Below are positions 20,035 through 30,268 of a stretch of DNA of 64,000 bases, piece by piece. Origin of the DNA: an uncultured Bacteroidota bacterium. GTDB taxonomy: Bacteria; Bacteroidota; Bacteroidia; Bacteroidales; DTGW01. Position numbers and translations under genes: made by a program. Within the stretch, counting starts at the first letter, position 1. The number at the start of each line of letters is the position of its first letter. The stretch covers positions 183,968-247,967 of the forward strand of contig CAWKPE010000018.1 of NCBI GenBank assembly GCA_963851385.1, read 5' to 3'. The notes beneath the pieces were generated by a model that had not been told where the DNA came from, searched no databases, and saw nothing but the letters and a program-made list of their open reading frames with translations.

Positions 20035-21027
20035 ATGCCATTATTTGAAAGTTACGAAAGACGAATTAATCAAATAAATAAAGTGCTTAATTCGTATGGT
20101 ATTTCTTCTGTTGAAGAAGCCAAAAAAATATGCGACAACAAAGGCGTAGATGTTTACAAAATTGTAAAAGACATTCAGCCAATTGCCTTCGAAAATGCTA
20201 TGTGGGCATACATTGTAGGAGCTGCCATTGCTATAAAAAAAGGCCAGACCAAAGCTGCTGATATTGCAGCCACATTGGGCGAAGGCCTTCAGGCCTTTTG
20301 CATTCCCGGTTCGGTTGCAGACGACCGTAAAGTCGGTTTGGGACATGGAAACCTTGCCGCTATGTTGTTGCGTGAAGAAACCAAATGTTTTGCCTTTCTT
20401 GCAGGCCATGAATCATTTGCTGCTGCCGAAGGCGCAATAGGTATTGCAAAATCAGCCAACCGCGTGCGCAAAGAACCGTTGAGAGTTATTCTAAATGGTT
20501 TAGGAAAAGATGCTGCTAAAATTATTGCCCGTGTAAATGGGTTCACTTATGTGCAAACGCAATTCGATTATTACACTGGTGCATTAAAAGAAGTTGCCCG
20601 AATAGCCTATTCAAAAGGCGACAAAGCAAAAGTAAACTGTTATGGCGCTGACGATGTTCGGGAAGGTGTTGCTATTCTTCATAAAGAAGGCGTTGACGTT
20701 TCTATTACCGGAAATTCAACCAATCCTACACGCTTCCAACATCCGGTGGCTGGTACGTATAAAAAGGAATGTGTGGAACAGGGCAAAAAATATTTCTCAG
20801 TTGCCTCAGGTGGAGGCACAGGTCGTACCCTGCACCCCGATAATATGGCTGCTGGTCCTGCCTCGTATGGCATGACTGACACTATGGGACGTATGCACTC
20901 CGATGCCCAGTTTGCTGGTTCGTCATCCGTTCCGGCTCATGTTGAAATGATGGGATTAATAGGCATGGGCAACAACCCGATGGTGGGTGCTTCAGTCGCC
21001 GTTGCTGTTGCTGTTTCACAAGCTTAA
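20035..21027 (+). CDS. GGGtGRT family protein (function unknown)
   Basis: 330 aa containing the eponymous motif SVASGGGTGRTLHPDN and a Gly/Ala-rich C-terminus. Confidence 0.7.
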   Translation: MPLFESYERRINQINKVLNSYGISSVEEAKKICDNKGVDVYKIVKDIQPIAFENAMWAYIVGAAIAIKKGQTKAADIAATLGEGLQAFCIPGSVADDRKVGLGHGNLAAMLLREETKCFAFLAGHESFAAAEGAIGIAKSANRVRKEPLRVILNGLGKDAAKIIARVNGFTYVQTQFDYYTGALKEVARIAYSKGDKAKVNCYGADDVREGVAILHKEGVDVSITGNSTNPTRFQHPVAGTYKKECVEQGKKYFSVASGGGTGRTLHPDNMAAGPASYGMTDTMGRMHSDAQFAGSSSVPAHVEMMGLIGMGNNPMVGASVAVAVAVSQA

Positions 21028-21040
21028 TTGATAATTTATA

Positions 21041-21073
21041 AGGATTGGCATATCTGTTGCCAGTCCTTTTTTT
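21041..21073 (+). terminator. rho-independent terminator
   Basis: 10-bp stem AGGATTGGCA/TGCCAGTCCT (one G:U), 7-nt loop, then a T-tract. Confidence 0.75.
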
Positions 21074-21222
21074 ATCGAAAATATAATACTTCCGGATGAC
21101 TAAAAAGGTATATTAGGAAATTAATAGAATCAACCATTATATTAAAACTTTAAAAGAAACCATATGTTTATTTATTGGATTACAAAATAAATATTTAGTA
21201 ATAACTCAAAAAATAAACAGTT

Positions 21223-22503
21223 ATGAAAATCATAGATGTTGAAGCAATTGAAATCCTCGATTCCAGAGGTAATCCTACAGTTGAAGTCGAACTGACTATA
21301 GAAGATGGCACCTCTGCACGCGCAATGGTTCCGAGCGGAGCCTCAACAGGCGAGCGCGAAGCCTGTGAACTACGCGACGGTGATAAAAAGCGCTATGGCG
21401 GAAAAGGTGTTTTAAAAGCCGTTGAAAATGTAAATAATAAAATTGCTCCTGAAATTGTAGATAAATATTTTGTAAGTCAGCGTGAGCTTGACTATTTAAT
21501 GATTGGTCTGGATGGTACCGAAAATAAATCTAAACTTGGTGCCAATGCCATACTCGGAGTTTCAATGGCTTATGCCCGTGCGGAAGCCGAAAGCGCCGGG
21601 ATACCGTTATATCAGTATTTAGGTGGCAGCAATGCCCATTTGTTACCTGTTCCATGTATGAACATTATCAATGGTGGAAAACATGCAGATAATAATGTAG
21701 ATTTCCAGGAATTCATGATTGCCCCGCACGGTGCAACTTCATTTACTGAAGCTATCCGAATGGGCATAGAAGTTTTCTATACTTTAAAATCGGTGTTGAA
21801 AACCAAAGGGTATAGCACAGGAGTAGGCGATGAAGGCGGTTTTGCTCCTGACCTGAAATCAAATGATGAGGCTGTTGAAGTTATTCTTGAAGCCATTACC
21901 AAAGCCGGATATAAACCAGGCGGTGAAGTAAGTATTTGTTTGGATCCTGCTGCCAGTGAATTGTGGGAAGACGGCAAATACAAATTCTTCAAAAGTACTC
22001 AGAAATTAGTTTCGAGCGATGATATGGTAAAGTTATGGGAAAGCTGGGCAAATCAGTATCCGATTGCTTTGCTTGAAGATGGCCTGGCAGAAAATGATTG
22101 GACAGGATGGCAAAACCTGACCAAGACTTTAGGCAAAAAGATTGAAATTGTAGGCGATGACCTTTTCTGCACCAATAAAAAAATCCTTGCTGAAGGTATC
22201 CAAAAAGGTGTTGCCAATTCGATATTGATAAAACTAAACCAGATAGGAACAGTAACAGAAACCCTCGAAACCATTGAATTGGCTTATAAGAATTCGTATA
22301 ATTGTTTTGTTTCACACCGAAGTGGTGAAACTGTAGACAGCTTTATTTCGGACCTCACTGTAGCTGTTAATGCAGGTCATTTGAAGACCGGGAGTGGTTG
22401 CCGTGGCGAGCGTGTTGAAAAATTTAACCAGTTGATGCGAATTGAACATCAGCTTGGCAGCAGTTCAAAGTTTGCAGGAATCAAAGCGTTTAAAAATAAA
22501 TAA
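21223..22503 (+). CDS. eno: enolase (phosphopyruvate hydratase)
   Basis: 426 aa. Contains [30 protein letters not shown]-like SHRSGETVD and [17 protein letters not shown]. Confidence 0.95.
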   Translation: MKIIDVEAIEILDSRGNPTVEVELTIEDGTSARAMVPSGASTGEREACELRDGDKKRYGGKGVLKAVENVNNKIAPEIVDKYFVSQRELDYLMIGLDGTENKSKLGANAILGVSMAYARAEAESAGIPLYQYLGGSNAHLLPVPCMNIINGGKHADNNVDFQEFMIAPHGATSFTEAIRMGIEVFYTLKSVLKTKGYSTGVGDEGGFAPDLKSNDEAVEVILEAITKAGYKPGGEVSICLDPAASELWEDGKYKFFKSTQKLVSSDDMVKLWESWANQYPIALLEDGLAENDWTGWQNLTKTLGKKIEIVGDDLFCTNKKILAEGIQKGVANSILIKLNQIGTVTETLETIELAYKNSYNCFVSHRSGETVDSFISDLTVAVNAGHLKTGSGCRGERVEKFNQLMRIEHQLGSSSKFAGIKAFKNK

Positions 22504-22598
22504 AACCTTAAAACAAAAGCGAACTAAATGATTTTGTATTCAAACTCTGTCAGGTCTTCGAACGCTGACAGGTATTGAATAAAATAATTAAAGTTGAC

Positions 22599-24108
22599 CT
22601 GACAATGTCTTTAGTCGAATATCAAAAGGCGGATATTACATCAACAATCTGTTGAGAATCAACGAATAAAGTTGATAACTTATTAATTTTCACTAAGGTT
22701 AGTTTGCAGGTTTTGACAAACTTTGCCAAAAAGCTTGCAGACTATGTTACCAAGAAAGAAAGACAAATCTCAATTAAGCTTCTATCGCACATTTGAAGAG
22801 CAGTTGAACCATAGCCATCCACTGTATATCCTGGCAAATACAATAGATTGGCAAATGTTTGAAGATGCTTTTAAAAAGCATTATAGTTCGAATATGGGCG
22901 CCCCTGCAAAGTCCATTCGCTTAATGGTGTCCTTATTGATTTTAAAACAGCTGCGAAACTTAAGCGATGAAAGCATAGTTGGGCAATGGTCAGAGAATAG
23001 CTACTATCAATATTTTAGCGGGGAAGAATGTTTTTGTAGCACAGCGCCATGTGTCCCAACAGAGTTAATTGAATTTAGAAAGCGAATTGGCGAAGAAGGA
23101 GTGGAATTGATTTTAAAAGAGAGCATCCGTATTAACGGGAAAGATGGCAAGGGAAAAACATTAAGTGGAGATAGTACTGTTCAAGAGAAAAATATTACCT
23201 ATCCTACAGATGACAAACTATACAAAAAGATAATCCATAAGTGCCAGGCTATAGCTGGAGAAGAAGACATTGAACTACGTCAAAGCTATAAGCGGACTGT
23301 AAAAAAATTAAGCATCATACAAAGGTTGAAACGCAGAAAAGGAGGCGAAGCAAAAGCCCGCAAAGCAAGTAAGAAGATAAAGACAATAGCAGGGAGGTTA
23401 GTCAGGGACATAGAGCGAAAACTAGCGCCATCAGATTTGCAAAAATGGGGAACAGAGCTGTCACTTTATAAGCAAGTATTGATGCAAAAGAAAAGTGATA
23501 GTGACAAAATCTACAGTTTACATGAACCACAGGTTAAATGCTTTAGTAAAGGTAAAGAACATAAAAAATATGAATTTGGCAGCAAGGTATCCATCCTGGT
23601 CACACAACGAACAGGAGTTATAGTAGGGGCGTTAAATTTTGACGAAAACCTGCATGACTCAAAAACATTAGATGCAGCATTGGATCAACATCAACGGTTG
23701 ACTGGCATTGAAGCAGAGCATGTATATGTTGACAGGGGCTATCCGGGGCCAAAACAAATACGCAACACACAAATACATTTACCTAAAACAGACAAGATGA
23801 TTACCCGGTCAAGAAGGGCAAAGCACAAACGCAGGGCAGCCATTGAACCTGTAATAGGACATCTTAAACACGACCATCGAATGGTCAGGAACTTTTTAAA
23901 AGGAAGTTATGGAGACGCAATAAATGTAATGTTAGCGGCATCTGCAATGAACTTCAAAAGGATGATGAACCTGTGGAAAACGGGTAAACATCTTTTGGCT
24001 CAATTTTTAAATGAATTATTAAAGCATTTTTTTATGTTTGCAGCTGACGGCAATAAATTGCAAAATCTAAAATATACTTTTTGAGGTTCGACTATTTAGA
24101 CTTGTCAG
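22599..24108 (+). mobile_element. IS5-family (IS5/IS1182-like) insertion sequence (about 1.5 kb)
   Basis: Left end CTGACAATGTCTTTAGTCGAA versus the reverse complement of the right end CTGACAAGTCTAAATAGTCGAA. These enclose the transposase ORF. Boundaries are approximate. Confidence 0.6.
22744..24084 (+). CDS. IS5-family DDE transposase
   Basis: InsH-like N-terminal region (HPLYILANTIDWQMFE...IRLMVSLLILKQLRNLSDE) and DDE region (DSTVQEKNITYPTD, YVDRGY, IEPVIGHLKHDHRM). ATG 22744 is preferred over the TTG at 22723. Confidence 0.8.
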   Translation: MLPRKKDKSQLSFYRTFEEQLNHSHPLYILANTIDWQMFEDAFKKHYSSNMGAPAKSIRLMVSLLILKQLRNLSDESIVGQWSENSYYQYFSGEECFCSTAPCVPTELIEFRKRIGEEGVELILKESIRINGKDGKGKTLSGDSTVQEKNITYPTDDKLYKKIIHKCQAIAGEEDIELRQSYKRTVKKLSIIQRLKRRKGGEAKARKASKKIKTIAGRLVRDIERKLAPSDLQKWGTELSLYKQVLMQKKSDSDKIYSLHEPQVKCFSKGKEHKKYEFGSKVSILVTQRTGVIVGALNFDENLHDSKTLDAALDQHQRLTGIEAEHVYVDRGYPGPKQIRNTQIHLPKTDKMITRSRRAKHKRRAAIEPVIGHLKHDHRMVRNFLKGSYGDAINVMLAASAMNFKRMMNLWKTGKHLLAQFLNELLKHFFMFAADGNKLQNLKYTF

Positions 24109-24151
24109 AGTCTCTAATATTGAATTAAAGGTACCGATAGAAATAACTAAC

Positions 24152-24189
24152 AAAAAGAAAAGAGGCTTAACTCTTTCGAACTAAGCCTC
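24152..24189 (-). terminator. rho-independent terminator of pdaD (hairpin overlaps the stop codon)
   Basis: On the minus strand: GAGGCTTA-loop-TAAGCCTC followed by TTTTCTTTTTG. Confidence 0.55.
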
Positions 24190-24765
24190 AATTACAGGAT
24201 ACACGTAGCTGGTGAAACAAAGGGCAACCAGCGCTGTGCCGTATTTCTTGTCAGGAACAAAACTTTCGCAAATCCTTTCAACGTTTCTGAGATGATACCT
24301 GTCATTGAATCCGTTGACGTAAAGTTCATTTAAACTTGCATCCAGTAACCTGTTAAGTTCCTTTTCATCGTAGTTTCCACTATGTTCGCAAACCAATCCG
24401 CCGAACTTTTCGTGTGTCAACTTATTATATAACCAACCATATATTATTCCCGATGAAGCCCGTTGGCCCTTCTCTGCATTACAAACACTCATAATCGACT
24501 CCATCACTGCGCCGTGTTCTAAATGGTCCGGCTTACTTATTTTCCTGGCTATTCCAGGTAATATCGAAGAATATGTCATAATGTTACACATCTCGATATT
24601 GGCCTCCTTCAGGGCTAAGTGGTACGACCCTGCATGGATTGTAATATCACTCTGACCAGTACCTTTAGTCACAAAATAGTCGCGCGGAATTCTGTTGCCC
24701 ACAAGAATTCCTTTCAAATCTTTCTCCACTTGAAAAAGACTTGAAACAGAAAACTGATTTACCAT
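24181..24765 (-). CDS. pdaD: pyruvoyl-dependent arginine decarboxylase
   Basis: 194 aa. Contains TKGTGQSDITIHAGSYHLALKEANIEMCNIMTYSSILP with the Ser-Ser self-cleavage context typical of PvlArgDC. Confidence 0.8.
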   Translation of the reverse strand: MVNQFSVSSLFQVEKDLKGILVGNRIPRDYFVTKGTGQSDITIHAGSYHLALKEANIEMCNIMTYSSILPGIARKISKPDHLEHGAVMESIMSVCNAEKGQRASSGIIYGWLYNKLTHEKFGGLVCEHSGNYDEKELNRLLDASLNELYVNGFNDRYHLRNVERICESFVPDKKYGTALVALCFTSYVYPVIEA

Positions 24766-25311
24766 CTAAGCTCATAAAAATTAAATTGGTGAATACTAGA
24801 ATTCTTGCCAAAAAAAACGAGCCGCAAATATATATTTTTTGAAATTATTATGCGGTTTTTTTTTATTTTTTTTATTCTCTTGTTTTACTTTTTATTAAAA
24901 CTAATGTTTCATTTTTCAGAAAATACTGAAATAAAACGAATAGTCTGGTTAAAAAACTATTCAAAATAAAATTGTGGTAGAAGCTGAAGATTTGAATTGA
25001 GTAAGTATAACTTCTCAAAAAGGTGAATAACGGGTAATCGGAAAGAAATCCTTAAAAAGAAAAAAGGCCTAATTTTCATTTCACTCTCTTTTTATTAAGT
25101 TAACAAAATTTGACCCCTCTTGCAATTACTTGTATAATTCCCTAAGTAAAACTTGAAATCTTATATAGCACGTTTGTTATCGAAATCATACAGGCAATTT
25201 ATAAGAGTTTTTGCAACGGCGAATGTATTAAAAATTAATTAATTAAATCTAACATACTAAAAATTATTATTTTTCAATAAATCCATTTTTTTAAGCCAAT
25301 GTCCAATAAAA

Positions 25312-25638
25312 TCAAACACTCAAAGACGTTTGCATAGAAATACCAGGCTGATCCCATAGTGTCGGATAATCTTCAGAGAACTTCTTTAATACCGACTTCA
25401 AAATTGCTTCGCGCATTAATTTTGATTGGTTGTCTATTTTGTACTTTTTAAAATATTTATTAAGTGCCTGTATTTCGTAATTATTAAAACAAATTGTTTT
25501 TCTATTCTTCCGCTTTAAATTATCGTCATTTTTTATTGTAATTTTCCTTTTTCTCACGTCTTGTTTTTCTAAAATATAAAATTTTGTATGGTAAAAATAT
25601 AAAACACCATTTACTTTGAAGTTTTTTAAGCACTGCAA
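25312..25638 (-). CDS. hypothetical small basic protein, possibly ribbon-helix-helix-like
   Basis: Only a TTG start at 25638 and no internal ATG before residue 75. The segment KTICFNNYEIQALNKYFKKY...SKLMREAILKSVL has a strand-helix-helix pattern. Weak call. Confidence 0.3.
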   Translation of the reverse strand: MQCLKNFKVNGVLYFYHTKFYILEKQDVRKRKITIKNDDNLKRKNRKTICFNNYEIQALNKYFKKYKIDNQSKLMREAILKSVLKKFSEDYPTLWDQPGISMQTSLSV

Positions 25639-25838
25639 AATATTAACTATTTGAATTTTATTGTTAATAACTTTATGTATTCACTTGGTCTTGATATTTA
25701 ATCTGCAACAAGGTTATTTCTTACAACTGACACCATCATTGTGCTTTACGATGTTCAAATCTAAAGTTTCAATAAAGTCCGGTACATTTAAACCGGCAAA
25801 TATTTACATTTGCGTTAAAATTTATTGATTTATAAAAT

Positions 25839-27071
25839 ATGATATTTCTATACAACATCATAATTGGAATTTATTGGCTGGCTATTTTAATCGCTTCATC
25901 ATTTAACAGCAAGGCCAGGAAATTCTTAAAAGGCCGTAAAAATCTTTTTCTAAATCTTGAACAAGCACAGATCATAGGCAATAAGGTAATATGGTTTCAT
26001 GCAGCTTCACTTGGAGAATTTGAACAAGGCAGACCTGTAATAGAATCATTTCGAAAGCAAAATCCTGGATATAAAATTTTATTGACGTTCTTCTCTCCTT
26101 CAGGATATGAAATTCGCAATAATTATAAGGAAGCTGATTACGTTTGTTATCTGCCTTTGGATTTTTCATGGTGGGCAATAAAATTTATTAAAACTGTAAA
26201 ACCCTCCGCAGCATACTTTGTAAAATATGAATTTTGGTATAATTATATCAGAATTTTGCATATACATAATATAAAGGTATATTGCTTTTCGGCAAATTTC
26301 AGACGTAACCAGGTATTCTTTAAATGGTATGGGTTTTGGTACAGAAGTATTCTTCATATGTTTACACACATTTTCGTACAAAACCAGCTTTCGAAAGATT
26401 TACTTGCATCAATTGGATTTGACAATGTTACTATCAGTGGAGATACTAGGTTTGACAGGGTACATTACGTTTCCAACCAGGTAAAACATTTTCCAGTAAT
26501 TGAACGGTTTAAAAATAATCACAAGGTAATTGTTGCAGGCAGCACATGGCCAACTGATGAAAACTACCTGGTTCAGTTCATTAATCATTGCAATGGTAAT
26601 TGCAGGTTCATTATTGCTCCGCACGAAATAGATCCAGTTCAACTAGATCAATTAATTGTAAAACTCAATCGCAAAACATTGAAATATTCGCAATCCGATG
26701 GTGTGAACATTGAAGATTATGAAGTGTTAATAATAGACAACATAGGTATGTTGTTGTCAATTTACCAGTATGGAAACATAGCTTATATTGGAGGTGGATT
26801 TGGCAAAGGCATTCATAATGTTTTGGAGGCAGCTACTTTTGGACTTCCGGTTGTGTTTGGACCAAATTACTCGAAGTTTAGGGAAGCTCATGATTTGGTT
26901 AAAAATGGAGGAGCATTTTCATTTAATAATTTTGATACATTACAAAATATTTTCAATAATTTTCTCACTAACCCTACCTCATTACAGAATGCCAGTCAGA
27001 TTTGCAAGCGTTATATTACGGACAATACAGGCGCTACAGAGTTAATATTATCCAAAACATTGAATTTATAA
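25839..27071 (+). CDS. waaA: 3-deoxy-D-manno-octulosonic acid (Kdo) transferase
   Basis: 410 aa. N-terminal TM helix, WFHAASLGEFEQGRPVIE and C-terminal GGGF...HN.LE motifs. Confidence 0.85.
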   Translation: MIFLYNIIIGIYWLAILIASSFNSKARKFLKGRKNLFLNLEQAQIIGNKVIWFHAASLGEFEQGRPVIESFRKQNPGYKILLTFFSPSGYEIRNNYKEADYVCYLPLDFSWWAIKFIKTVKPSAAYFVKYEFWYNYIRILHIHNIKVYCFSANFRRNQVFFKWYGFWYRSILHMFTHIFVQNQLSKDLLASIGFDNVTISGDTRFDRVHYVSNQVKHFPVIERFKNNHKVIVAGSTWPTDENYLVQFINHCNGNCRFIIAPHEIDPVQLDQLIVKLNRKTLKYSQSDGVNIEDYEVLIIDNIGMLLSIYQYGNIAYIGGGFGKGIHNVLEAATFGLPVVFGPNYSKFREAHDLVKNGGAFSFNNFDTLQNIFNNFLTNPTSLQNASQICKRYITDNTGATELILSKTLNL

Positions 27072-27396
27072 AAAATATTTTCGGATAATAAAATAGAAAT
27101 CTATATTTTAATTCTTGTTAAGTTGAATATCTTTAAGTAGTCGCCTGTAATCAATATAAATAATGTCTTGTTGGTTGAAAACCTCAGTGTTTATTGAAAT
27201 TATAATTAATTGATTTGATTATTAATGTCTTACAAAATAATTTTTCAATTGTTAATAACTACGATTTAGAAGTTGATAATTGCAAACAAGGTTATTTGGA
27301 ACTGTGTGCAGAAGAGTCTTAAATTGCAAGATAAATATCAATAACCTTCAAAAACTTTTAAACCCCGATTTACTAACACTTTAACAAAGTTGGAAA

Positions 27397-30009
27397 ATGC
27401 AGACCGATGAGACCTTAGTTACAAAAGTTGAAAAGGAAGAACAAAACGAAGAGATGGGTAAAACATCTAAACATAGTAGTCAGAAGCGAACGTACTCTTA
27501 CGAGGAAGCATTTAAAAGTGCCCTGGAGTATTTTAAAGGTGACGAACTTGCTGCACGAGTGTGGGTAAATAAGTACGCGTTGAAGGATTCATTCGGCAAA
27601 ATATATGAGTTGAACCCTGACCATATGCATCATCGGATTGCAGGAGAGATAGCCCGAATTGAGAAAAAATATTTAAACCCGATGTCGGAAGCGGAAGTGT
27701 ACGAGTATTTGAAAGACTTTAAATATATAGTTCCCCAGGGCAGTCCTATGACCGGAATTGGAAATAACTTTCAAATTGCATCTCTTTCGAATTGTTTTGT
27801 TATTGGCAATGCTGCCGATTCTTACGGTGGCATTATGAAAACAGACCAGGAACAGGTTCAGTTGATGAAACGCAGAGGCGGCGTCGGACACGATCTTTCA
27901 CATATCCGTCCAATTAGCAGTCCTGTATTAAATAGTGCACTAAGTTCAACCGGTGTTGTGCCTTTTATGGAGAGGTACTCCAATTCAACAAGAGAAGTGG
28001 CCCAGGATGGCCGCCGTGGAGCATTGATGCTTAGTATTTCCAGCAAACATCCCGATTGCGAAAAATTTATAGATGCAAAGTTAGAACAAGGAAAAGTTAC
28101 CGGGGCTAATGTGTCCGTTAAAATAGACGATGATTTTATGAAAGCTGTGGTAAGCGGCACAACATATATTCAGCAATACCCGGTAGATTCACCAAACCCT
28201 ACATTCAAAAAAGAAATAAATGCACGCGAACTCTGGAAAAAGATTGTTCACAATGCATGGAAATCAGCTGAACCGGGAATCTTATTCTGGGATACCATTA
28301 TCAGGGAATCTGTTCCAGATTGCTATGCTGAATACGGATATCGCACTGTTTCTACAAATCCATGCGGCGAAATACCACTTTGTCCCTATGATAGCTGCCG
28401 TCTTCTGGCAATAAACCTTTACGGTTATGTAGAAGAACCGTTCACACCAAATGCAAGATTCAATTTTGATTTGTTCAAAAAACACGTTGGCATTGCACAA
28501 CGCTTCATGGACAATATCATTGATCTTGAAATTGAAAAAATAGATTCAATTCTGAAAAAAGTTGAAGGTGATCCTGAAGATCATGAAATAAAAAGAGTAG
28601 AAAAAAAGCTTTGGGAAAACATCAGGATAAAAACAGAAGAAGGACGTCGCACAGGAATTGGTATTACAGCAGAAGGCGATATGCTGGCTGCATTGGGTAT
28701 CAGGTATGGTAGCGACAATGCTATTGATTTTTCCGTAGAAGTTCATAAAACACTGGCTCTTGAGGCTTACCGTTCCTCCACATTTATGGCAAAGGAACGC
28801 GGACCATTTCCCATTTTTGACTGGCAGCTTGAAAAAGATAATCCTTTCATTCAACGCCTGCGGAAAGAAGATGAAAAGTTGTACCAGGACATGATGAAAT
28901 TCGGCCGTCGTAACATTGCTTTGCTTACTATTGCCCCCACGGGTACAACAAGTTTAATGACCCAAACTACATCGGGAATTGAACCTGTATTCATGCCTGT
29001 GTACAAACGCCGCAGGAAAGTAAATCCCAACGACACCCATGTTAAAGTTGCCTTTATTGATGATGTTGGCGATCATTGGGAAGAATACAATGTATTTCAC
29101 CATAAGTTTATGACATGGCTTGAAGTGAATGGTTATAATATGAATGAAGTCATTCACTATGACGACCAACAGATTCAGGATATGGTTGCTAAATCGCCCT
29201 ATTACAAAGCAACATCCGGCGACGTTGACTGGGTAAAAAAGGTGCACATGCAGGGCGAAATACAGAAGTGGGTTGACCATTCAATCAGCGTTACCATTAA
29301 TCTTCCTGAAAATGCTACAGAAGATTTGGTTGGCGAACTTTATATCAATGCATGGCAAAGCGGTTGCAAAGGATGCACTGTTTACCGCGAGAATTCACGT
29401 TCAGGAGTATTGGTATCCAATAAAAAAGATAAAAAAGAAAAGCAGACGCTTGAAATGGATCAACCTTTAAAGCGTCCGAAAGTATTAGAAGCTGAAATTA
29501 TCCGTTTCAAAAACAATAATGAAAACTGGATTGCATTCATTGGCCTTTTAGACAACAGACCTTATGAAATATTCACAGGTTTGCAGGAAGAAGATATGTT
29601 CCCTATTCCTAAATCAATCACCAAAGGAAAAATTATTAAAAATAAAGACGAAGAAGGCAATACTCGTTATGACTTCCAGTATACAGACAAATATGGTTAC
29701 AAAAATACGCTTGGTGGTTTATCACATCAATTCAACAAAGAATATTGGAATTATGCAAAATTATTTTCAAGTGTATTGAGATATGGAATGCCCATAGCTG
29801 ATGTTGTAAACCTGGTAAGTTCGTTGCAACTTGACAGTGAAACCATAAACACATGGAAGAACGGTGTAGAAAGAGCTTTGAAGAAATATATCCCTAATGG
29901 TACACTGGCAAAATCGGGACAGAAATGCCCGTCATGTGGTTCCGAAAGTTTGATTTACCAGGAAGGATGCCTTACCTGTACAAGTTGCGGAACATCGAAA
30001 TGTAATTAA
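27397..30009 (+). CDS. nrdJ: adenosylcobalamin-dependent (class II) ribonucleotide reductase
   Basis: 870 aa. Active-site TNPCGEIPL, APTGTTS and a C-terminal Cys-rich tail CPSCGSESLIYQEGCLTCTSCGTSKC. Confidence 0.85.
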   Translation: MQTDETLVTKVEKEEQNEEMGKTSKHSSQKRTYSYEEAFKSALEYFKGDELAARVWVNKYALKDSFGKIYELNPDHMHHRIAGEIARIEKKYLNPMSEAEVYEYLKDFKYIVPQGSPMTGIGNNFQIASLSNCFVIGNAADSYGGIMKTDQEQVQLMKRRGGVGHDLSHIRPISSPVLNSALSSTGVVPFMERYSNSTREVAQDGRRGALMLSISSKHPDCEKFIDAKLEQGKVTGANVSVKIDDDFMKAVVSGTTYIQQYPVDSPNPTFKKEINARELWKKIVHNAWKSAEPGILFWDTIIRESVPDCYAEYGYRTVSTNPCGEIPLCPYDSCRLLAINLYGYVEEPFTPNARFNFDLFKKHVGIAQRFMDNIIDLEIEKIDSILKKVEGDPEDHEIKRVEKKLWENIRIKTEEGRRTGIGITAEGDMLAALGIRYGSDNAIDFSVEVHKTLALEAYRSSTFMAKERGPFPIFDWQLEKDNPFIQRLRKEDEKLYQDMMKFGRRNIALLTIAPTGTTSLMTQTTSGIEPVFMPVYKRRRKVNPNDTHVKVAFIDDVGDHWEEYNVFHHKFMTWLEVNGYNMNEVIHYDDQQIQDMVAKSPYYKATSGDVDWVKKVHMQGEIQKWVDHSISVTINLPENATEDLVGELYINAWQSGCKGCTVYRENSRSGVLVSNKKDKKEKQTLEMDQPLKRPKVLEAEIIRFKNNNENWIAFIGLLDNRPYEIFTGLQEEDMFPIPKSITKGKIIKNKDEEGNTRYDFQYTDKYGYKNTLGGLSHQFNKEYWNYAKLFSSVLRYGMPIADVVNLVSSLQLDSETINTWKNGVERALKKYIPNGTLAKSGQKCPSCGSESLIYQEGCLTCTSCGTSKCN

Positions 30010-30046
30010 GCCCAATAGTTTTGAGATATTTTTGATTTTAAGAACG

Positions 30047-30078
30047 AAAAATCCCCTCTGCCTTAGGAGGGGATTTTT
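30047..30078 (+). terminator. rho-independent terminator of nrdJ
   Basis: Stem ATCCCCTC/GAGGGGAT with an 8-nt loop, then TTTTT. Confidence 0.75.
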
Positions 30079-30098
30079 ATTGGAAAAATTAAGCTTAA

Positions 30099-30238
30099 AC
30101 CCACATTACGCATTAGAAAATGCGTAATGTGCCCTACGGGCCGCTATCACTGCGCTTTAACGGGGTTAACCCAAATGCCTACGCACAAAGCAACACACTA
30201 CGCATCAGTTCGCTACGCTCCTAATGCGTAATTTGGGT
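30099..30238. repeat. 140-bp GC-richer element with 17-bp terminal inverted repeats (MITE-like or structured RNA)
   Basis: Left end ACCCACATTACGCATTA versus the reverse complement of the right end ACCCAAATTACGCATTA. Also an internal perfect 13-bp hairpin CACATTACGCATT/AATGCGTAATGTG and repeated CTACGC motifs. Confidence 0.6.
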
Positions 30239-30268
30239 CAAAAATATATTTGAAAAAATTTTTATTTA

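Noticed and set aside
27072-27396. Cobalamin riboswitch or NrdR boxes upstream of the B12-dependent RNR
   Set aside because: I could not find the conserved B12-box core or paired NrdR-type palindromes by eye. Only the bipartite motif shared with the waaA leader stands out. A covariance-model scan would be needed to exclude them fully.
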